Assembly (NCBI GenBank): GCA_947626705.1
Contig: CANQTJ010000001.1
Coordinates: 1-28,169 of the forward strand
Reading direction: 5' to 3'
Origin: an uncultured Clostridia bacterium
Lineage (GTDB): Bacteria; Bacillota; Clostridia; TANB77; CAG-508
Length of the DNA: 28,169 bases
Within the stretch, counting starts at the first letter, position 1. Each line of letters begins with the position of its first letter. Shown piece by piece: positions 7,156 through 17,443 of the stretch. Under the pieces are notes generated by a model, which saw only the letters and a list, made by a program, of their open reading frames with translations, was not told the DNA's origin and ran no database searches. Position numbers and translations under genes: made by a program.

Positions 7156-9819
7156 TTGAATTCTAAAGATATGAAGGGAATGTTATTAAATATGGATAAT
7201 AATTCAGAAATGCATTTATTTATATTATGGGAAAAATCTTTATATAAAAAAGATGAAATAATTTCACAAATAAAGGAAAAATTTAAAATAATAAAAATCT
7301 ATAATGTAAAATGGTCTGATAAATATTTTATAAGCAATTTGTCGAGATTTTATGGAACAAATTTATTAGACTGTAAAGCAAAAGCTGAACATTGTGGTAC
7401 AGGCGAATTCCTTTTAATAATAGTAAAAGATGAAAATCCTATATATGAAAATAGAAATACAAGCAAAGGGATAAAAAACTTAAATATAAATATGTTTGAT
7501 AGCAAAGAAAAATTTAGAGAAATCACAGGTGGTGGTCATAAGGTTCATGCTACAAATGATGAGATAGAAACAAACCATGATATTACTTTATTATTAGGTA
7601 TTTCTTTAAATGATTTTAAAAATCAAAATAGTGAAGAATGGAATGGGGAGATAGAAAATCTAGAAAAAGATTTATTTGGATATAATGGTTGGGATAATGT
7701 GCAACAAATGTTTTATGCATTAAATAATTGTACCAAATATGCTATATTAAGAAATTATGAAGGTTTACCAGAAGAAATATATATAAATGAGCATAATGAT
7801 ATAGATTTAATATGTGAATCAAAAGAAAATTGTGCTTTAATATTAAATGCAGAAAAAGTTTTTCCTCAAGATTATAGAATTCATTATAGAGCAAAAGTAA
7901 AAGATAAATATGCAAATTTTGATTTAAGATATATAGGAGATAATTATTATTGTGAAAAATTAGAAACTAACATATTAAATAATAGAGTATATAATGATAA
8001 AGGATTTTTTGTATTAAGTGATGAAGATTATTTTTACACATTATTATATCACGCAATAATTCATAAAAGGATATTTAAAGAAGATTATAAAAATAGATTA
8101 GCAAATATGAATGATACAAATATAATAGATGAAAATTCAAAATTAGAAGATATGATAAAAATCTTAAAAAATTGGCTATCAGTTAATAAATATTTAATAA
8201 CAATACCAAATGATAAATCTGTTGACTTTAATATACAAAATGCTAAACAATTTAGACCACTATTGCAGTTAGAACAAACTAATAAAAAATTACAGCAATT
8301 TAATGATAATATAATAAAATGGTATCCATTTAAAAAATCAAAAAACATATTATTGGTAGGAGAAAATGAAATAATCGAAAAATACTTAAAAACGAAAACA
8401 GAAAATTTAATAGTATTAAGTAGATTTGAAAAAACAAATAAAGATTTAACTAACTATGAATTTGATTATATTTTAATATATGGAATAGAAAATTATAAAG
8501 ATTCAATTTTTGATATAAGAAAATATTTAAATGATGGTGGAAAGCTTATTATAATAGGAGATAACACCTTTGGAATTAACAATTGGAGTAATTATAGTAT
8601 TAATTTAGAATCTATAAAATTAGAAAATAATAATTTTGATAAAACAACTATAAGCAAAGTAAGAGATAGATTAATAGAAAACGGTCTAAATAATACAAAT
8701 ACATTTTATTGTTTTCCAAATTATAAAGAAACAGAAGTATTAATAAACGAAAATCATAATATTGAAGATTCTCAAATAGATAGATATAATCAAAATATAG
8801 AATTAAAACAAATAAAAGTATTTGATGAAATAAATATATTAAAAAAGATAATACGAGAACAACCAAAAATGCTAGAGTTTTTTACTAACTCATATTTTAT
8901 TGAAGCTTCAAAAAATAGCATAGACACAGATATTAAATATGTATCTTACAATAATTGTAGAAACGAAAAATATAAACTTATAACTTTATTAAAAGAGAAT
9001 ATAGTAGAAAAAATATCTGCAAATGAAGAATCTAAAGAACATTTAGGTAATATGAAACAAATAATACAAGATATAAAAAATATGAATACTGATAAAATAC
9101 AAGTATTAGACTATGAAGAAAATGGAAAAATCTTTAGTAAACTAATAAAAAATTATAAAACATTAGATGTAATATTAGCAGAATATTATAATAATTTTGA
9201 AGAAATACAAAAAATATTAAATGATTTAAAAAACATATTAATACAAAATTCAGTTAATTATGAAGAATGTAAAAATAATATAGATAAATTAGGACAACCA
9301 GAAGAACTTTTAAATAAACTTCATTATATGCCTAAAGCTTTTTGGGATATGATATCTAAAAATTGTTTTTACATTGAAAATAAATTTGTATTTTTCGACC
9401 AAGAATGGGTAAAAGAATATTTACCTGTTGAATTTATAATATATCGTTCTGTTATAAATTCTTATGATTTAATAAAAAAGATTGATGTAGATAAATTGCT
9501 AGAAAAGTTGGAAATATTGCAATATAAAGAATATTTCCAAAAAATAGATGAAAGCATAAGAAAAGAAATATTAAATCAAGAAGTATTTGAAGAAATGTAT
9601 AAAACAGAAACAAAAGGAGTAGATAACCTTATTAATGAAAATGCAATGTATAAAAATTATATAGACAAATTAGAAAATGAAGTTATAAGACAAGTAAATG
9701 AAGATAATTCTAAAAAACAAGAGTATATAATTGCATTAGAAAATAGGGTTAAACAATTAGAGGAAGTAAATAGTAAAAATGAAAAAATTATAAAAAAAAT
9801 ATTGTTTTGGAAGAGGTAG
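7156..9819 (+). CDS. Multidomain putative glycan chain-terminating/capping protein: NDK-like, nucleotidyltransferase-like, degenerate class I methyltransferase, kinase-like, coiled coil
   Basis: VHATND (aa130-135); YAILRN...DIDL (D215/D217); NIIKWYPF...FDYILIYGIE...LNDGGKLII; WDMISKN (D731,N736) and FDQEW (D748); heptad-rich C-terminus. The real start may be ATG 7192 (RBS AAGGGA). Confidence 0.65.
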   Translation: MNSKDMKGMLLNMDNNSEMHLFILWEKSLYKKDEIISQIKEKFKIIKIYNVKWSDKYFISNLSRFYGTNLLDCKAKAEHCGTGEFLLIIVKDENPIYENRNTSKGIKNLNINMFDSKEKFREITGGGHKVHATNDEIETNHDITLLLGISLNDFKNQNSEEWNGEIENLEKDLFGYNGWDNVQQMFYALNNCTKYAILRNYEGLPEEIYINEHNDIDLICESKENCALILNAEKVFPQDYRIHYRAKVKDKYANFDLRYIGDNYYCEKLETNILNNRVYNDKGFFVLSDEDYFYTLLYHAIIHKRIFKEDYKNRLANMNDTNIIDENSKLEDMIKILKNWLSVNKYLITIPNDKSVDFNIQNAKQFRPLLQLEQTNKKLQQFNDNIIKWYPFKKSKNILLVGENEIIEKYLKTKTENLIVLSRFEKTNKDLTNYEFDYILIYGIENYKDSIFDIRKYLNDGGKLIIIGDNTFGINNWSNYSINLESIKLENNNFDKTTISKVRDRLIENGLNNTNTFYCFPNYKETEVLINENHNIEDSQIDRYNQNIELKQIKVFDEINILKKIIREQPKMLEFFTNSYFIEASKNSIDTDIKYVSYNNCRNEKYKLITLLKENIVEKISANEESKEHLGNMKQIIQDIKNMNTDKIQVLDYEENGKIFSKLIKNYKTLDVILAEYYNNFEEIQKILNDLKNILIQNSVNYEECKNNIDKLGQPEELLNKLHYMPKAFWDMISKNCFYIENKFVFFDQEWVKEYLPVEFIIYRSVINSYDLIKKIDVDKLLEKLEILQYKEYFQKIDESIRKEILNQEVFEEMYKTETKGVDNLINENAMYKNYIDKLENEVIRQVNEDNSKKQEYIIALENRVKQLEEVNSKNEKIIKKILFWKR

Positions 9820-9822
9820 AAA

Positions 9823-11505
9823 ATGTTTATAAATAAAATTTTGCCACAAGGTTCAAAAAGAAGAGAAATAGTAAAAAAAATATATGTAAAATATTTTCAA
9901 AAATATAGTGAGGAAGAAAGAATATATTTAAAATGGATAAAAAATAATGAGCCAGATAATAAACAATTAGAAGAACAAAAAAATATAGAATTTAAAATAA
10001 AGCCTAAAATCAGTATAATTGTGCCAGTATACAATACACCTGAAAATTTTTTTAAAGAACTAGTTGAAAGTTTGCAAAAACAGACATATTCTAATTGGGA
10101 ATTATGTTTAGCAGATGGTTCGCCTGAACCAATAAAATATATGCAAGAATATCCAAAAATAGATAAAAGAATAAAATATAAGGTAATTGGAGAGAATAAA
10201 GGAATTTCAGGCAATAGTAATGAAGCATTAACATTAGTTACAGGAGATTTTATTGGTTTGCTTGACCATGATGACTTATTACCACCTTTTTCGTTATATG
10301 AAGTGGTAAAGGCAATAAATGAAAAGCCAGAAGCAGAATTTATATATTCTGATGAAGATAAATTAGAAACTTTAAAAGGACCAAGATATGGAGTATTCTT
10401 TAAGCCAGACTTTTCACCATATACATTAAATAGTGCAAACTATATTTGCCATTTTAGTATATTTAAAAAAGAATTGATGGACAAGCTAGGTGGATTTAGA
10501 AGTGAATATGATGGAAGTCAAGATTTTGATATAGTAGCAAGAGCAACTGAATTAACTCAAAATGTAGTGCATATTCCAAAGGTATTATACCATTGGAGAG
10601 CACATAAAAATTCAACTGCTCAAAATTCAGATTCAAAACCTTATGCATTTGAAGTAGGAAAAAAGGTTATAAAAGACCATATAAAAAGGAAACTTGATAC
10701 ATATGTAGAAGTTACAGATGGATTAACACCAGGAAGTTACGAGATAAAATATAAGGTAAAAGGGAATCCAAAAGTTAGCATAATAGTTGATGGAACAAAA
10801 ATTCAAATAGAAAAAATTATAGAAAAAGTAAAAATATCAACATATTCAAATTATGAAATAATTGCTATTTCAGATACAGAAATAGAAGGTCTAAAAACTA
10901 TAAAACCAACAGGAAATACATTTGTAGATTATAATGAAGCTGTAACACAAGCTGAAGGTCAGTATTTTATGATAGTAGATGAAAACTTAATTAAAATAGA
11001 CAAACCATCATATATTGAAGATTTAGTTGGAGTATGTCAAGATGAAGATGTTGGAATAGTAGGTACAAAATTATACAATAAAAAAGAAACAATAGAACAT
11101 TGCGGAATAGTTATAGGAATGAATGGTATGGGAGATTTTTTATATAAAGGAGCTCCAAAAGATATAGGAACATATATGCAGAGGCTTTTAATAATACATA
11201 ATGTATCGTGTGTATATGTAAAATATGCAATGATTGATAAAGAACTATTTATGAAAATAAATAAATTTACAAATGATTTTACAGGTTTAGCTGTAAGTAT
11301 TGATACTTGTCTTAAAATTTTAGATTTACATAAACAAGTTGTAATAAATCCTATAATTTCAATATGTGTAGAAAAAATTTCACAAGTAGAAAAAGTTGAT
11401 GAAGAAAAGTTACAAGAAAAATGGAAAAATCAATACAAAAATGGAGACATTTATTTTAGTCCAAATTTAAGTAAATCAAATACTGGATTAAGTTTAAATA
11501 TCTGA
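9823..11505 (+). CDS. GT2 glycosyltransferase with one intact and one degenerate GT-A domain
   Basis: ISIIVPVYNT, LLDHDDLL, YSDEDK, FKPDFSP, DGSQDFD, LYHWRAH; the second domain has VDENL where this family usually has NNDTE. Confidence 0.85.
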   Translation: MFINKILPQGSKRREIVKKIYVKYFQKYSEEERIYLKWIKNNEPDNKQLEEQKNIEFKIKPKISIIVPVYNTPENFFKELVESLQKQTYSNWELCLADGSPEPIKYMQEYPKIDKRIKYKVIGENKGISGNSNEALTLVTGDFIGLLDHDDLLPPFSLYEVVKAINEKPEAEFIYSDEDKLETLKGPRYGVFFKPDFSPYTLNSANYICHFSIFKKELMDKLGGFRSEYDGSQDFDIVARATELTQNVVHIPKVLYHWRAHKNSTAQNSDSKPYAFEVGKKVIKDHIKRKLDTYVEVTDGLTPGSYEIKYKVKGNPKVSIIVDGTKIQIEKIIEKVKISTYSNYEIIAISDTEIEGLKTIKPTGNTFVDYNEAVTQAEGQYFMIVDENLIKIDKPSYIEDLVGVCQDEDVGIVGTKLYNKKETIEHCGIVIGMNGMGDFLYKGAPKDIGTYMQRLLIIHNVSCVYVKYAMIDKELFMKINKFTNDFTGLAVSIDTCLKILDLHKQVVINPIISICVEKISQVEKVDEEKLQEKWKNQYKNGDIYFSPNLSKSNTGLSLNI

Positions 11506-11537
11506 ATTTGAAAATTTAGAAAGGAATATATATTAAA

Positions 11538-13754
11538 ATGAAAGAAGTAGATGTAATAGTTCCAATATATAATGCTTATGAATATACAGAAGAATGTATA
11601 AAGAGCATTATAAAAAATACTAATTTAAATAAAAACACATTAGTATTAATAAATGATAAAAGCCCAGATGAAAAAATACTACCAATGTTACAAAAATATC
11701 AAAAAGAAAATCAAGATAAAAGAATAACAGTTTTAGATAACGAAGAAAATTTAGGGTTTGTAAAAACAGTAAATAAAGGTATTCAATATTCTGAGAATGA
11801 TGTAATTTTATTAAATAGCGATACAGAAGTAACAAAAAATTGGATAGAAAAAATACAAGAATGTGCGTATTCAAATAAATATATAGCTACTGTAACACCA
11901 TTAACAAATAATGGAACAATATGCTCAGTTCCTAATTTTGGAGTAGATAATGAAATTCCAGAAAGATTTACATTAGAAGAATATGCAGAAATGATAGAAA
12001 AAGTTTCTAAAAGTAGATATCCAGAGCTTACAACTGGAAATGGCTTTTGCATGTATATAAAAAGAGATGTTATAAAAGAATTAGGTTTATTTGATGCAGA
12101 AACATTTGAAAAAGGATATGGAGAAGAAAACGATTTTTGCTATAGAGCATTAGACCATGGATATATAAATGTATTATGTGATAATACATTTATATATCAT
12201 AAAGGAACGCAAAGTTTTAAAAAAGAGAATATGACTGCTTCAAGAGCAGCACTTATAGAAGAACATATGGAACTATTAAGAAAAAAGCATCCAATATATG
12301 TACAAAAAACTGATAATTTTATAGCAAACAATCCATTAATAGATATACAAGAAAATATAAATTTAAATATATTATTATACAATAAAAAAAGAGTATTATA
12401 TTTAATAAATGAATGGGAAGAAAATATGGAGATGACAGGTGGAGCATCATTACATTTAAAAGATATAATATTATCAAATTCTAAAAATAATATTGCAAGT
12501 TTTGTGTTAGCACCAGATAAATTTGATTTATCAAGATTTAAATTATATTTGTATTCAGATAAATATTCAAGAGAAATATCAAATTATAAAACAGGAATAA
12601 GACAATATGGTCAAATAGTATATACAGATAATTCATATAAAGAAATGGTAGAAAATATATTAGATAGCTTTAAAATAGATATATTACATGTTCATCATTT
12701 CTTATTCCAAACTTTTGATGCAATTGAAATAGCAAAGCAAAGGAATATATATTCTATTATTACATTACACGATTTATATATGATTTGTCCATCAATAAAT
12801 ATGGTATATAAAGACAGATATTGTGAATATGATAAAAATAAAGATTGCACTAAATGTTTAAAGGCAAGATATGGAGTAAATGATAATGTATTGAATAATT
12901 GGCAAAAGACCTGCTTTGAAGTATTAAAACAATTTGATAAAATAATAGTACCATCAGAAAACACTAAAAAAATATTTAAAAATATATATAAAGATTTAGA
13001 AACTGAAGTAGTAGAGCATGGAGTAACAGTTGTTGAAACAAAAGCAAAAGAAAGAAAATCTAAAGATTTTAATGTAGCATTTGTAGGAGCAATGGCAATC
13101 CATAAAGGAAGTAATATACTAAAAGATTTAGTAATAAATAATAAAAATACAAATATAAAGATTCATTTATTTGGAAAATCAGAAGATAAAAAATTAACTA
13201 AAAATACTTCAAACTATATAAATCATGGGCAATATAAAAGGGGAGAATTACCACAATTATTAATAGACAATGATATAGATTTAGTGTGTATTTTTGCACC
13301 ATGGCCAGAAACGTATTCATATACTTTAACAGAAAGTTATATGGCAAAAGTACCAATACTTACATTTGATATTGGAGCAGTAGGAGATAGAGTAAAAAAA
13401 GATAATTTAGGTTGGGTAATAGATTTTGATGTAAATTCTTCAAAAATACTTGAAAAAATAGAAGAAATAAGTAATAATAATGAAGAATATAAAAATAAGA
13501 AAGATAATTTTAAAACATATAAATTTAAATTATTAGAAGAAATGCTAAAATATTATGACAATTTATATGAACATATTGAGATAAAAAAACAACTTGCAGA
13601 TGTTTATAATTTTATGAATTATAGAACAAAATCAAAAGAGTTTGATTTTAATGAATATCAAGCCAATTATGGACATGTTGTAAATAAATATGAAAAATTA
13701 AGAAGCTCTTTAATTTGGAAAGTAGCTAAAAAAGTCAAATCAAAATTTAAATAA
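11538..13754 (+). CDS. Bifunctional GT2 + GT4-like glycosyltransferase (putative glycan polymerase)
   Basis: N-terminal GT2 (VIVPIYN, NDKSPD, LLNSDTEV, GYGEENDF); C-terminal GT-B (LHVHH, TLHD, PWPETYSYTLTES); basic amphipathic tail SSLIWKVAKKVK. Confidence 0.88.
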   Translation: MKEVDVIVPIYNAYEYTEECIKSIIKNTNLNKNTLVLINDKSPDEKILPMLQKYQKENQDKRITVLDNEENLGFVKTVNKGIQYSENDVILLNSDTEVTKNWIEKIQECAYSNKYIATVTPLTNNGTICSVPNFGVDNEIPERFTLEEYAEMIEKVSKSRYPELTTGNGFCMYIKRDVIKELGLFDAETFEKGYGEENDFCYRALDHGYINVLCDNTFIYHKGTQSFKKENMTASRAALIEEHMELLRKKHPIYVQKTDNFIANNPLIDIQENINLNILLYNKKRVLYLINEWEENMEMTGGASLHLKDIILSNSKNNIASFVLAPDKFDLSRFKLYLYSDKYSREISNYKTGIRQYGQIVYTDNSYKEMVENILDSFKIDILHVHHFLFQTFDAIEIAKQRNIYSIITLHDLYMICPSINMVYKDRYCEYDKNKDCTKCLKARYGVNDNVLNNWQKTCFEVLKQFDKIIVPSENTKKIFKNIYKDLETEVVEHGVTVVETKAKERKSKDFNVAFVGAMAIHKGSNILKDLVINNKNTNIKIHLFGKSEDKKLTKNTSNYINHGQYKRGELPQLLIDNDIDLVCIFAPWPETYSYTLTESYMAKVPILTFDIGAVGDRVKKDNLGWVIDFDVNSSKILEKIEEISNNNEEYKNKKDNFKTYKFKLLEEMLKYYDNLYEHIEIKKQLADVYNFMNYRTKSKEFDFNEYQANYGHVVNKYEKLRSSLIWKVAKKVKSKFK

Positions 13755-13767
13755 AAAAGGATAGAAT

Positions 13768-15300
13768 ATGAAAGAAAAGTTAGGAAAAGTATATTTTAAA
13801 ATAGTATTTTTAGTAGAAATAATATTGTCATTATTAATGGGAATAGCTACATTTAGAGTATTATATAAAGTTTATGATATGGACTATATTTCTGTTCCTA
13901 ATTTAACAGTAGCAATAATATGTGCAATAATATTATTAGTAATAATAATTTGTAATGTAATAAGATATAAAAAAAAGGTAGAAAAGTTATTTTTAACATT
14001 TATAATACCTATAGGAATAATGTTTATTATTTTATTACCAATTAATTGTGTGCCAGATGAAGACTCACATACTTACAAAACATATGATTTATCAGTAGGA
14101 CATATAATAACACCATTTGGAGAAAACAAAGAAGGCAATATATATGTACCAAAACAATTTGTAGATTTTTATGAGCAACATAAAGATATAAATTATTCTG
14201 TTATACATGAATATTTATCAAAAGACACTAATTATAAAGAATTAGTACCAGTTCAAACAATAGCAAAGACATATTTTTTTATAAACTATATGCCTGGAGC
14301 AATAGTATTTATAATATGCAGATTATTAAACATAAATATAATATTAGCATGTTATATTATAAGATTGGTAAACTTTATTTTATCAATTATAATAGGATAT
14401 TATTGTATAAAAGTTATACCATTTGGTAAGTTAGTATTAGCGATATATATGTTTTTACCAATGTATATACAACAAATTGCATCAATTTCAGCAGATGCAA
14501 TTATAAATAGTATATCAATATTATTCATTGTATATAATTTAAAATTATTATGGCAAAAGGAAGATATGCGACCGATACAAAGAATGATATATTATGTACT
14601 AGCATTAAGTATTTCAGTATGTAAATATGTTTATTTTCCACTAACATTAATGAGTTTATTATTAATAAAAAATAAAAATATAAGTAAAATAAATAAAAAT
14701 AAATTGATAACTATATCATTAAGTTTATCTGTAGTTGTAGCAATTTTTTGGTTTGTTTTTTCACAACAATATATTGATACAAGGCAAATAATTATAGAAA
14801 GAAATGTAAAACCAATACAACAAATAACATATATATTACAAAAACCAGTTGAATATACAAAAATATTTTTTAATACTTTTGAAGAAAAAGGTGCATATTA
14901 TGTAAAAACATTTTTGGGTTCTGAATTAGGATTGTTAAATATAAAAATACCAGAAATATATATAATAATATATATGATTTCATTATCAATATTGCCATTT
15001 TTAGAGAAAAATGAAAAATCTTTAACTAAAATGCAAAAATGGTTAATGATAGTTATTTCTTTAATTTTAATTTTATTAGTAGAAACTGGTTTATACATTA
15101 CATGGTCTGGATTAAAGACGTCAATTATAGAGGGAGTACAAGGAAGATACTTTATTCCTGTATTTATATTAATACTATTATCTATAATAAATAAAAATAA
15201 TAAAATTGAAATAAAAAATTTAGGGATAAAATATTTTATTTTATATTTTGTTTTAAATATACTGACTTTGACAAAAATATATACAATATTTATACAATAA
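13768..15300 (+). CDS. DUF2142-like polytopic membrane protein (putative GT-C glycosyltransferase)
   Basis: PDEDSH motif in the first extracytoplasmic loop, SADA, K..Y, GVQGRYFIP; about 11-12 hydrophobic segments. Confidence 0.75.
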   Translation: MKEKLGKVYFKIVFLVEIILSLLMGIATFRVLYKVYDMDYISVPNLTVAIICAIILLVIIICNVIRYKKKVEKLFLTFIIPIGIMFIILLPINCVPDEDSHTYKTYDLSVGHIITPFGENKEGNIYVPKQFVDFYEQHKDINYSVIHEYLSKDTNYKELVPVQTIAKTYFFINYMPGAIVFIICRLLNINIILACYIIRLVNFILSIIIGYYCIKVIPFGKLVLAIYMFLPMYIQQIASISADAIINSISILFIVYNLKLLWQKEDMRPIQRMIYYVLALSISVCKYVYFPLTLMSLLLIKNKNISKINKNKLITISLSLSVVVAIFWFVFSQQYIDTRQIIIERNVKPIQQITYILQKPVEYTKIFFNTFEEKGAYYVKTFLGSELGLLNIKIPEIYIIIYMISLSILPFLEKNEKSLTKMQKWLMIVISLILILLVETGLYITWSGLKTSIIEGVQGRYFIPVFILILLSIINKNNKIEIKNLGIKYFILYFVLNILTLTKIYTIFIQ

Positions 15301-15312
15301 AAGGAGAGACTA

Positions 15313-17430
15313 ATGGAAAAAATGAGAGAATTTTTAAAGAAGGGAAATAATACAAAAATAAAAATTATAATTGCTTTAATAATATCTATAATAATTTCAG
15401 TAATATATACAGTAACAAGACCAATATTTGTAATAGACAGAATATTTCTTGTAGATGCTATATTAATGTTTATATCATTACATTTTATTATAAAATTAGA
15501 AGTAATGTATAATTTTATATATAAATATAGATATTATATAGCATTAATAATATTTGCAATAGAAGTAATATTTGAATATTCAGGCTCTTCCATAGGAGTA
15601 TATAATGATATATTACAGGGAGAATCAACGCAAAAATATTTTTCTCCTGTGTTAGGAAAATATAGAAGTATAAGGTCTGATGAGTGGGTAGTAAATACAC
15701 CAATATTTACTTCACAAGCAATAGATACAGATAGTAAATTTGCTTATTATAATGATAACTTAAGAGGAATTAATACAGATATGTTTTCAATAGTAGCACC
15801 AGCTGTATTAGATATATTGACAATAGCGAAACCATTTAATATAGGATATTTATTATTAGGTGCGTCAAGAGGGTTGTCAGTACTATGGGCAGGAAAATGG
15901 ATAGCACTTATGTTAATTGCATTTGAATTTTGTATGCTTATTACAGACAAAAAAAAGTTTGTTTCATTATGTGGAATGTTACTCATTGCTTTTTCCGCTT
16001 CTACAGCTTGGTGGAATATGACGGATTATTATATATGGGGAATGTTAGCTTTAATACTAGTAGATAAATATTTAAAATCAGATAAACTGAAAACTAAAAT
16101 AATATGTGCAATAGGAATATTTATTAGTGCAGTTTCTTATGTATTTATAATGTATCCAGCGTGGGAAGTAGCATATATATTTATATATATGGCAATATTT
16201 ATTACTTTATGTATTAAAAATAGAAAAATATATAAAATATATAAAAAAGATATATTAATAATATTTTTAGTAATTTTATCAATAGCTGGAATAGGTATGA
16301 GATATTTATATATGTCAAAAGATGCTTTAAATGCAACGCTTAATACAGATTATCCAGGAAGTAGATTTGAAATTGGTGGAAATGGTAAAAAAGTAGTATT
16401 TTCTTATGTATATAGTTTCTTATTTCCATATAATGACTTAGATAATCCTTGCGAATTTGCTGGAATGACATCATTTTATCCATTACCAATGATATTAGCT
16501 ATAATATATTTAATAAGAAATAAAGATAGAAAAAAACATTTTGCATTTTTTATACCATTACTAATTGTTTCATTACTATTTTCTATATTTACATTATTTG
16601 AAACAAATGAAACATTTGCAAAACTAACATTACTATATATGATACCAGGAAGAAGGTTAGCAATACCATTAGGATTTACACAAATATTAATGCTTATATA
16701 TCTAATCTCAATTACAGATAAAAATACAAAAATAATGAAAGATAATACAGCTAAAATTATTGCAATATTTTCTAGCATAATAATAATGAGTTTTGCAATG
16801 CAAACTGCGCCAAATATTTTTACAGGAGGATTACGAGCATATTGTATAGGTTTATTATTATTGATATTTTTATATTTAATATTAACAATAAATAATGAAA
16901 AAAATAAAAAGATTTTATTAGTAAGTTTAGCAGGAATTTCAATAATAACAGGAGCAACAGTAAATCCTATACAAAAAGGTATATCAGTATTAATAGATAA
17001 ACCATTAGCAAAAGAAATAAAAAGCATAGTATCTAGTGATACAGAAAATAATTTATGGATAACAGATAATACAGTATTTTATATGCCAAATTACTTACTT
17101 GCAAGTGGTGCAAAAGTTTTAAATTCAACAAATATATATCCTAATTTCGAATTGTTTAAAACAGTACTAGGTGAAGATGCACAAAAACAAGAAAATAGGC
17201 AAATATATAATAGATATGCTCATTTAACTATGGAAATAACAAATAATGAAAATAAAGTTGAATTAATATATCAAGATAGTATTAAATTAAAATTAACACC
17301 AGAAAAAGTAAAAGAATTAGGAATTAAGTACATTGTATCAACAAGAGATGTAGAAGAATTTGATACACAAAAAGTAGACTTTGAAGAAATATATAGTCAG
17401 CAAGGTGTGTCAATATTTAGAGTAAATTAA
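15313..17430 (+). CDS. Large polytopic membrane protein, putative GT-C-type glycan-decorating transferase
   Basis: RSIRSDEW acidic motif in an early extracytoplasmic loop, YPAW, T.YPG.R, many TM segments and a soluble C-terminal domain. GT-C status is inferred. Confidence 0.55.
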   Translation: MEKMREFLKKGNNTKIKIIIALIISIIISVIYTVTRPIFVIDRIFLVDAILMFISLHFIIKLEVMYNFIYKYRYYIALIIFAIEVIFEYSGSSIGVYNDILQGESTQKYFSPVLGKYRSIRSDEWVVNTPIFTSQAIDTDSKFAYYNDNLRGINTDMFSIVAPAVLDILTIAKPFNIGYLLLGASRGLSVLWAGKWIALMLIAFEFCMLITDKKKFVSLCGMLLIAFSASTAWWNMTDYYIWGMLALILVDKYLKSDKLKTKIICAIGIFISAVSYVFIMYPAWEVAYIFIYMAIFITLCIKNRKIYKIYKKDILIIFLVILSIAGIGMRYLYMSKDALNATLNTDYPGSRFEIGGNGKKVVFSYVYSFLFPYNDLDNPCEFAGMTSFYPLPMILAIIYLIRNKDRKKHFAFFIPLLIVSLLFSIFTLFETNETFAKLTLLYMIPGRRLAIPLGFTQILMLIYLISITDKNTKIMKDNTAKIIAIFSSIIIMSFAMQTAPNIFTGGLRAYCIGLLLLIFLYLILTINNEKNKKILLVSLAGISIITGATVNPIQKGISVLIDKPLAKEIKSIVSSDTENNLWITDNTVFYMPNYLLASGAKVLNSTNIYPNFELFKTVLGEDAQKQENRQIYNRYAHLTMEITNNENKVELIYQDSIKLKLTPEKVKELGIKYIVSTRDVEEFDTQKVDFEEIYSQQGVSIFRVN

Positions 17431-17443
17431 AGAGGAGAAATTA

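Noticed and set aside
2021-13754. Definite assignment as a rhamnan (rgp/gac) or S-layer glycan locus with gene symbols
   Set aside because: No rmlABCD, initiating transferase or S-layer gene lies in the window; sugar specificity cannot be read from GT2 motifs.
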